Positions 56,051 to 64,000 of a stretch of DNA of 64,000 nucleotides are shown here, in pieces. Position 1 is the stretch's first letter. Each line of letters opens with the position of its first letter. Source of the stretch: Styela clava (Eukaryota). The position numbers and the translations under genes are program-made. The notes under the pieces are model-generated. The model was not told the origin of the DNA, did no database searches, and saw only the letters and a list, made by a program, of their open reading frames with translations. The stretch lies in NCBI RefSeq assembly GCF_964204865.1, contig NC_135253.1:6262001-6326000 (forward strand). The letters run 5' to 3'.

Positions 56051-58968
56051 CATTTGCCCCAAATCTTGCTTGTTTTCAACAAGAACAAAGTCAATGGTAA
56101 ATCATATATTGTTGTTGGTACAAAAATTCTATGCTATATTTTGTCATATAGGGTAGAACAGACGTGGTTATCGTTCCCTTTTAGTTGTTTTCCCATGTCT
56201 TAGATACTGAAACTTGTTCCAAATTTTATCGGATTTTATTCTCAAATACATTGTCTTAATATCTTACTACTTTTTCGCTTACATTTTTCATGCTTTAGTA
56301 GTAAATATATATTATAAATCAAATAAATATATTGCTGTTCAGTGTTAAATTATCTTGTTGATTGTCCTTAGTGATGCACAGTAGCAGTGTTACATACATA
56401 GAATCAATCTAAATTACATGTAATTAATATAGGAATGGGGGAATATTGCGACTAAAATATTATAGAATTGTAATATTTGATAGTTTTATATTCAAAAGAC
56501 TTGTGGCAAAATCTTTATTTCAAATTATCTTCCAGTTCAGTATTACCCAAACAATTGTGTACTTTTCTGATTGTATCTGGATTCCGCTTTACAGTGATAA
56601 TGCAAGATTGTTAATTGGTCCCAATGCTGTGTTTTGATGTACCAATAATACGTGGAATCCTAATTCATCACAGGAGTTTACTTATTTTTGAATCAACTTT
56701 GCTGCTGTGTTACTTATATTGCATATAGTTTTTTGCTCCGATAATATGTCATCTTACATGTTTTGAGAAAATTGGCGGATCGACAAAAAATAAATACTTT
56801 TGCTTTCGAGAAATATGTAAAAATGAATAAACTGTAGTTTTAGAGTAAATTTGAATTATCTCTTTGACACTGTGCTGTAGTTAATTTATTGTTTGTATCT
56901 TTCTTTATTACTTGTACATTTAGTACTGTTACATCGCATGGTTGTTTTTGCCTTCTTTTAACATGTTAACTTTGTAATATTGTAAATCTTACAGTCAGAT
57001 TGTTTTTATTTTGTAAGGCAGATATGACCGGTATAATACGTCGATCTTTTGGTCACTGTGGTATATTTAAAGAAAATTTGATGTTTTAATGTACTTATTA
57101 TTGTTACACTACTATCAATGTCTGTGATGTGATGTTTCGCTTCATTATTTTCCTTGTCTTTTGGTCGTTTCAACTTCTTTCTGCTTAAACTACACATTGG
57201 ACCAAAATAGTATCACTGTTTTTAAAATTTTGATTTCTAGTCTACTGATGGATGGTCAGTAATGGGTGAATCTGGGTAAAATTTCATTGAATATTTTAGA
57301 ATCAATTTTGAGTAACCATTGCACTCACTGTATAGAGTCAAGTAGAGCTTACATTTAAATATTTTCTTTCATATGCATTTTTCTTCTTAACTTCCAAGAT
57401 ACACAATAAATTCATTTGTGCCATTTATGATTGGGACAGTTTGGAAACCAATCTAGCTTACCATAAAAAATTTTTTTCAATGCAATACTTTAATAATAAG
57501 AATTCAAATTTGATAACTTTGGGAAAATCTGTGGGTAGTGAAATTAAAAGTAAGATATTTCTGAGGAGGCAAAAATTTGTAGACATATATATATACTTCT
57601 CGCCTCAACTTCAGAAATTCTTGGATTCTTTTTGTTTTTAATACCACTGCTCAAGTAATAATTTTGTAAATATAATTCTCAAGCCTAATTCTCAAACTTT
57701 TAGTTACATTTGCATTTAACGATAAAAAGATATCTTGGGAATATGCGAATTCGAACCTGTGAAGTAGATTCAGATTGTTGCTTTTTTTATCCAAAGATTT
57801 GATATTTGTATTCTTGCTATGTAAAATATATTCAAAAGTATCATATATATATATTATCTATGCTGGTGAACTTTATTGTATACTTATGTGCATTATTGTA
57901 TTTTATACTATTGTCCTTTGCACATTCCGTTTTGTATTTATCAGTACCAGGTTGAATAATATTCTAATGAAAACAATATTTCTGCAATTCAAAAATAGAC
58001 ATATTAAAACTAACCCAAAACCAAAATCTTTGATTTCTAATGACATTGAAATATTCTTTTATATATTGTTTAAAGTATTCATTCAAGTGAGCGGAAACTT
58101 CAAAGATACTTTTAGTTTCTACTATAGTTATCAATGTTTCCTCCAGAGTTTCACCTCGTGCCATAGCTTGCTTACTATTTACCTAAACATCATTTGACTG
58201 ACTTCAATTCCCCAAAATTTATCTCATGTTATTAATTAAAATGGCAATAGAAAGTTGACACACGTAAGCGTAATAAGAATGGATTCCCAATAAATAAATA
58301 AATGTGATAAAAAAAAATGTTAGTGACTTTTTTTAGGTTCAAAAATAAAATAACCTTTGGTGTTCAATATTTAAATAGGTTATTGATGAACCTCCATCCA
58401 TCCACCTGTTTGTCTGCCTTTGGACAAGCAATATTGTTGACAGTTGAACTATTTACCTAGTGTTTATATGGAGTGTAGTACAATTTTTGACACAAGATGC
58501 TTTCCGACCTTGTGGTGCTATATTAGAAATGCTCCTGTCCCATCTGACATCGTAACAATTTTCTTATTTCTATGCTTACATGACATTTGTTACTTTCTGA
58601 AAATCTTTTTTTTATCAATATTCTTTAATGTTGTACATGTTTGTCAAATATAATGAATCGCATCATAGATAAATGTCTTTTTAAAATTTCTGAAGGCTGA
58701 ACAGCAGGAATGTGTGGATCACAATCATAGTAATATGCTTATATAGGTGCGAAGATCAAGAATTCATTCAATCTGATTAATGGAGGACTATGTGAACGAA
58801 ATGGCTATTCTATACCAATTTCATGAACTGACATGCGGAACCATATTGTTTTCCAGTCGCTTCCATATATACATACCCGTATAAATCTATTTGCGCAACT
58901 TCCGAGCATTGGGGAGCCATTCAGTAGATAGTTTTTCAATAAATAAAAGCGATGTGTGTGGTCTATTA

Positions 58969-59595
58969 CAGGGTGCGCAACCTTCGAATAAATGGGGGGC
59001 CCAGATACACTAATAACTGGATAAAACCGCAACTTTATTCAACATAGGCTTTCTAGTAGTTGCTCGCACTAAACTTTTGGTTATTGATCTTATCACTTAT
59101 CGATTTTAATCGGTAAGTATGTTGATGGGTATTTGTCTGTCTGTGTGTTAGATGCACGCGATATCTCACGAAAGCGATTGAATCTGCTCCAGATTTCGCA
59201 TGTGCATTCATCATATCTCGGACCAGAAGCCTATTGATTTTGGGCGAATTATGTCGTATAATTAGCGAGTTATCAATTAATTAGTGATGGGACAAAAGGT
59301 GTCACTATGGATTAAGAGCGCTGTTTTGGGATCCCCTAACTTTTGATCGATAAGTCTTCGGTCTCTAACCGATATTCTCGTATGATATACGTTATTCGCT
59401 TCGCACAACCTAGCTGTAAGGGCATTGTAACGTCGTAGGCATAGATAATAAATTGGAATCAGGCATAGGCTTTGCAACACAAAGGGATTGGAATTACCCG
59501 CACGTACCAGATTGAACTAAATTAAAAGCTGGTTTCGCGGGCCGCACACCATTCAAAATTAGCACTTCTCCTCGGGCCGCATGTTGCACACCCCT
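58969..59595. mobile_element. hAT-type MITE carrying a nested ~290-bp insertion
   Basis: TIR CAGGGTGCGCAAC...GTTGCACACCCCTG; perfect TSD GTCTATTA. Segment ~59095-59381 is absent from the sister copy at 59845-60211. Confidence 0.85.
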
Positions 59596-59844
59596 GGTCT
59601 ATTATATTATCTGTTTTTGTCGAGTTCGATTTTGCACGTAAACTCGACATATCCATCCAAAGTACTACTATTTCAGTTATTCTAGTTTTGTGGCAGGTTT
59701 AGTGGAGGTATGATGCTTCATTTTTATGTCGCTGTAACACCGTCCATCCTTCTCAGATGCGTGGCCAACAGCTTGAAGAGCCCTAGCTTCAATTTTTTAG
59801 TCACTATACGTCGCAGAAGGACATGGAATTGAAATTGGCTAAGA

Positions 59845-60211
59845 CAGGGGTGTGCAACATTTAATACAGGAAGGCCAAATACAAATAACTCGGTGAAACC
59901 GTGAGCCGCACCTTCATATAACATAGGCTTTCTAGTGGTAGTATGCACAAAATTTAGATTATTGATCATATAACATGCGCTGTTCGCTTTACACAAGCTA
60001 TTTGTTAGGGCACTGTAACGTCATATATATGCATAAATTATTAATTGGATAAGTTTGCAACGCAAAGGGGTTGGCATTACTCGTACGTTCCTGATTAAAC
60101 TAAATTAAAAACTCGTTCGCGGGCTGCACGCCGTTCAAAATTGGCACTTCTCCGGAGGCCGCACAATTTTTCTTTGCGGGCGGCTTTCGGTCCCCAGGTT
60201 GTACATCCTTG
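59845..60211. mobile_element. hAT-type MITE, same family as 58969-59595
   Basis: CAGGGGTGTGCAAC...GTTGTACATCCTTG with colinear internal sequence. Confidence 0.75.
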
Positions 60212-60787
60212 TACTATGGAGTGATGCAACATATGAGAAAACTTCATTATCTGAGATAAGCTCAGAATAGTCAAACTCAACCGTTTTGTACAAAAACACA
60301 TCAAAGAGGAACCGCCATTGTATTGGTCGCAAAGAATATTTGATTAAATGATACGGTTCATAAAAATCCATTCCGTGCGTCACGGGTCAGGAGTCTCATG
60401 ATGACAAGATCAGCTCTGTGGATATTCCAGGGCACATGAGGAATGACTTTGCAATTCACAAAAAGTATATTGCCAGCGCATATCGTAACACCGTAACTAG
60501 TTACCGCCACGGGAGTCCGCAATTCATCATGACTACGCACAACACTACTGATACGAAATTTCAGTAGCCGATGTCCACTACACCAGTATTTGGTCACTGC
60601 ATGCGCGAGACCGAGGCGCGGTCCCTGTGCCTACTTTGCGCTAAATAAAACACCCGCTATCACACTGGCGACTGAGCTATTACCAGTACTTCATAAATCG
60701 CTGAACTGGCAGCGGTACCGTACCTGGTGCACCAATATTTGCAAGGAATTGAATGCCCACCCAGGAATTCTAAATAGTAATCTTAAC

Positions 60788-61684
60788 ATGGAGCTTGGCA
60801 AACTCTTAAAGCGAATGAAGTACTCCGGGCCCACCAAACCAGCAGATTTAAACTTACTAAATGAATTGTGCATACATTATGTATCATCCATTCCATATGA
60901 AAATCTTGATCTTTTTGGAGGAAAAAAGAGAATCCACGATCTGCCTACAATATATGGAGAAATTGTAATGAAAAACAGAGGCGGGATGTGCATTGAATCA
61001 AACTCTCTTTTACACTGGATGCTGGGCAAAATTGGATTTGATGTAACTATGTGTATGGCATATAGTTTAGATGGAAATGATGTTGTGAAAATTGTTAATC
61101 ATATGGTACTGCTTGTAAAGTTTGATGCAGATGACATATGGTTGGTAGATGTGGGATACGGTGGTTTGAGTTTTGTATTTCCATTGGAAATGAAAAAACT
61201 AGCACAGGAACAAAGTCAACCAAATGGTGTTTATATGATTACAAAACATGAAGGAATTTACGCTGTTGAAAAGAAGCGGCAAGTACAGCTAAGTAAAGAT
61301 GGGCAGAAGGTTCCATCCACACGTAATAATCTAAATCAGCCAATTAGTAAATACCAAACTAGCAGAGATTGGGAATTGATGTTTGTATTTCGGATAGAGC
61401 CAAAGACTTTTAATGACTTCCACCACGCAAGTGAATATGCTAAGACTTCTCATCCATGGTGTACTAAAAACTCGACAGTAGTCCTTCAAGATAGAGAACG
61501 TAGAGTTTTTCTTGTTGGGGACACGCTTGTAGAAAAAAGGTATGTAGACCCAATGACAGTCAGAGTTGTTGAAATTCAAAAATATCACAAGACTGAAATA
61601 CCTGAGATTTTAAAGAGTAAGTTCGGAATTGTCTTAAGCTATAAATTGCAGCCAGAGTCGCAAATGACATGGTTTATGATGTAG
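60788..61684 (+). CDS. Arylamine N-acetyltransferase (intronless, 298 aa)
   Basis: IPYENLD, NRGGMC (catalytic Cys), NHMVLLV (His) and WLVDVGYG (Asp). First ATG of the ORF is at 60788 (MELGKLLKRMKY, like the NAT N-terminus). AATAAA at ~61900. Confidence 0.93.
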   Translation: MELGKLLKRMKYSGPTKPADLNLLNELCIHYVSSIPYENLDLFGGKKRIHDLPTIYGEIVMKNRGGMCIESNSLLHWMLGKIGFDVTMCMAYSLDGNDVVKIVNHMVLLVKFDADDIWLVDVGYGGLSFVFPLEMKKLAQEQSQPNGVYMITKHEGIYAVEKKRQVQLSKDGQKVPSTRNNLNQPISKYQTSRDWELMFVFRIEPKTFNDFHHASEYAKTSHPWCTKNSTVVLQDRERRVFLVGDTLVEKRYVDPMTVRVVEIQKYHKTEIPEILKSKFGIVLSYKLQPESQMTWFMM

Positions 61685-62476
61685 ACAAAAATATACAATT
61701 AATCAATAATCATTTAGCACAAGTGTGCATGGTACATTTATTACTATGTATCGCAATTTTGATAATACCGCTAGTCTGCTGTTCATCCCTCATGAAATAT
61801 ATTCATTGCTAATGCATTTTAGTTTAACCGCTGATACCTAGGAGTGATGATTTATGCATAAATTTGACATATCACTTGTAATGTATGTTTATCTGCTTCA
61901 ATAAATACAAATTACTACTACGAACAAGCACTTGTTAGCACTTACACTTGTAGCCATAATGTATCAATGGTAGACTTCTTATGCATGCATTGAAACTATG
62001 ATTGCACTTTCAGCTATTTTTTTTTATTGTATTCCCGAGAATATTTTCTTCAAGATAAATCGACAAGAATGAACCCATAGCGAAGCTATGGGTGACCACA
62101 AAGAAATACTACTAACACTATAAAAAATATAGTGTGGGATTGCGCTTTAGGGAATATCGATTGACTTAAGACTTAAAGCAGTTCATATAAATACGGTCAT
62201 AAAACAGCTAGCTATAAGGTGGAGAATTCAATTCCACATAACTGAAGTTTGGGTCATGATTTGTAGAAATGTCTATTAACTTGTGTACTTGCAACTGCTA
62301 TGTTCATGGTAACTAGGTTGGCTCATATTCATATAACAGGAGACAAAGGACATGAATAAATGAGCAACCAGTAGAGATGCTATTTACTATTTAGTAGACG
62401 ATTGCAAAAGCTATTCTCTAACCCTGATTTTCAAAAAATACAGGGAAATCTCCTAATGATTTTTCATAACTTCGAG

Positions 62477-63151
62477 TCAACCTTGTGGGGCATCAGCGCT
62501 TTCAAGCTTTCGTATTTCCTCTTTAAAATTGTCAATATTTTCTCGAATTGCCTTCAATCTTTCTTTATATTCTCGGATTTCATTTTGCACTTGTGTTTTG
62601 GCAGAATGTAACTTCTCTATAGTTTCCTTCTCTTTTTCCTCAAAATCAGTTTCATGTTTATGTGCACCCAAAGTCAATTGTCTTGTACTTGTGAGTAAAG
62701 AATGCATCATGGCAGTTGGATCTTGAAATATCATTTCATCATACCATTCTGATACAACAGTTTTTTTACCAAGCATAATATTAGTTTCATTTTGAAACAG
62801 TTTTATAGGATGATATAATGTGATTGCTCTCTCTACTTGATCATGAAAAAATATCTTGATAACGACTTCAAACTCACCCCATCCAGTCTCCGTTATCTCA
62901 TATGGTGGTTTTGTTACAACTCTCAATGGATTTGCATAACTTTCGTGTAGTTTAAATTGAATTTTTTTGACATATACTGACATGTCTTCATTTTTATATG
63001 GTTTAACATAAACTGTCCAAGTATGTGTGTGTCCATCCTCTTCTCTTTTTTTTCCAAAATATCGAGCTAGGTTTCCAAATACAATGGGTTTCACAATGCA
63101 TGCACCTTTGACGCGACCACCAGACTCTGTTGCGGGTTCTGAACGATTCAT
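62477..63151 (-). CDS. YEATS4: YEATS domain-containing protein 4 (GAS41), intronless CDS
   Basis: [51 protein letters not shown] and a C-terminal coiled coil. Confidence 0.97.
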   Translation of the reverse strand: MNRSEPATESGGRVKGACIVKPIVFGNLARYFGKKREEDGHTHTWTVYVKPYKNEDMSVYVKKIQFKLHESYANPLRVVTKPPYEITETGWGEFEVVIKIFFHDQVERAITLYHPIKLFQNETNIMLGKKTVVSEWYDEMIFQDPTAMMHSLLTSTRQLTLGAHKHETDFEEKEKETIEKLHSAKTQVQNEIREYKERLKAIRENIDNFKEEIRKLESADAPQG

Positions 63152-63425
63152 GACTAAGTCCTATATGATTACGATTCCAATCTGAATTATACATAGTTGC
63201 ATTAATTTTGAGTGCCACAAATTATCACGCTAAGTATAAATGGTAGCTAGCAGATAATGAATGATATTGGTATGTTTTAGGTAAAAAAAGCTTGCTGAGG
63301 AAATAAATGTTAATAATCCATAGGCAAATTCTTTACATAATTATTGGAAAAGAACCGATTTGACTTGATAGCTGGCTATAAACATGTGTATTCAGGATAA
63401 CAACTATGTAACTGGCAATTCTTTG

Positions 63426-63911
63426 TCAATCATTTCCAACTGGCATCATTTTGATTATTGATTGTACTCTTGACAAAATAATCTCGTTTCTTGATTGACA
63501 TGATTGTTGTGTATATGGTGGCAAAATATCCAGAACACCTGCAATACTCAGTTTTGCGCCATTAACGGTAACTGGTAAACGATTGCTTTCAAGCCATTCT
63601 TTTAATCTTCTTTGCCTCTCTAACAAATCTTCTTCAGAATATGGTATTTGCCCAGTTTGTTTGCACAAGTTATTCAGGACGTCGATAATTCCTTTATCTG
63701 GCTTAGCAAGTACTTTTACTTTTTTAATACAATGGCTAAAAACTGTAGTTAATTGAGGGTTTGACGAGTCCTCGCAATATAATACAATATTGTTCGATAA
63801 AGGGTCTATTGTGTATATCCATCCAACATGTAATTTCCCATCACTTCTTTCCACTTCAACTTTTTGATACACGAGTTTTCTAGTGTCAGTTATGGATGAC
63901 CCATTCCACAT
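63426..63911 (-). CDS. GEMIN6: Gem-associated protein 6 (SMN complex), intronless CDS
   Basis: Sm-like GWIYTIDPLSNNIVL, then YSEEDL...LKEWLESNRLPV...AGVLDILPPY...NEIILSRVQ. First ATG at 63911, just downstream of a TATTAG acceptor at 63928. Confidence 0.9.
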   Translation of the reverse strand: MWNGSSITDTRKLVYQKVEVERSDGKLHVGWIYTIDPLSNNIVLYCEDSSNPQLTTVFSHCIKKVKVLAKPDKGIIDVLNNLCKQTGQIPYSEEDLLERQRRLKEWLESNRLPVTVNGAKLSIAGVLDILPPYTQQSCQSRNEIILSRVQSIIKMMPVGND

Positions 63912-64000
63912 GCCTGACAGATTCAACCTAATATTTTAATATCTATGATATAGGAATAAATAGTTTCTCATTTAGATTCTGAAACATGTATAACTTTACT

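Noticed and set aside
56051-58900. Short hydrophobic ORFs downstream of TTBK, and similar ones at 15.7-17.5 kb and 30-33 kb
   Set aside because: AT-driven F/I/L/Y composition with no domain or splice support; likely UTR or intergenic.
60590-60787. 66-aa N-terminal extension of the NAT ORF
   Set aside because: It starts at a non-ATG codon; NAT similarity begins at the ATG at 60788.

Overview
AT-rich, intron-containing animal DNA. A compact invertebrate chordate such as an ascidian is most likely; this is inferred from the short introns, tight gene packing and an FN1-type domain, not proven. I spliced eight genes by hand. (1) The 3' part of a large secreted selectin-like gene (+, 1202-9710): C-type lectin C-terminal half, a Ly6/uPAR three-finger domain and 16 one-exon CCP/sushi domains, with no C-terminal membrane anchor. 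Five of the CCPs carry a Dx[DN]x[DN]G calcium-type loop. (2) A convergent 7-exon gene (-, 11360-15130), largely missed by the ORF track, encoding a ~283-aa secreted VWC + FN1-like protein with an RRKR cleavage site. (3) Long-form DPH6 with RidA/YjgF-like domains. (4) WDR24. (5) A ~26-exon tau-tubulin kinase. (6) An intronless arylamine N-acetyltransferase. (7, 8) A closely spaced GEMIN6-YEATS4 pair that is a candidate trans-spliced operon. Introns hold many hAT-type MITEs (several with 8-bp TSDs), two tRNA-derived SINE families, other inverted-repeat elements and a 27-bp minisatellite. The most novel-looking content is the pair of extracellular mosaic proteins in the first 15 kb. All exon boundaries are manual reads and need RNA-seq confirmation.
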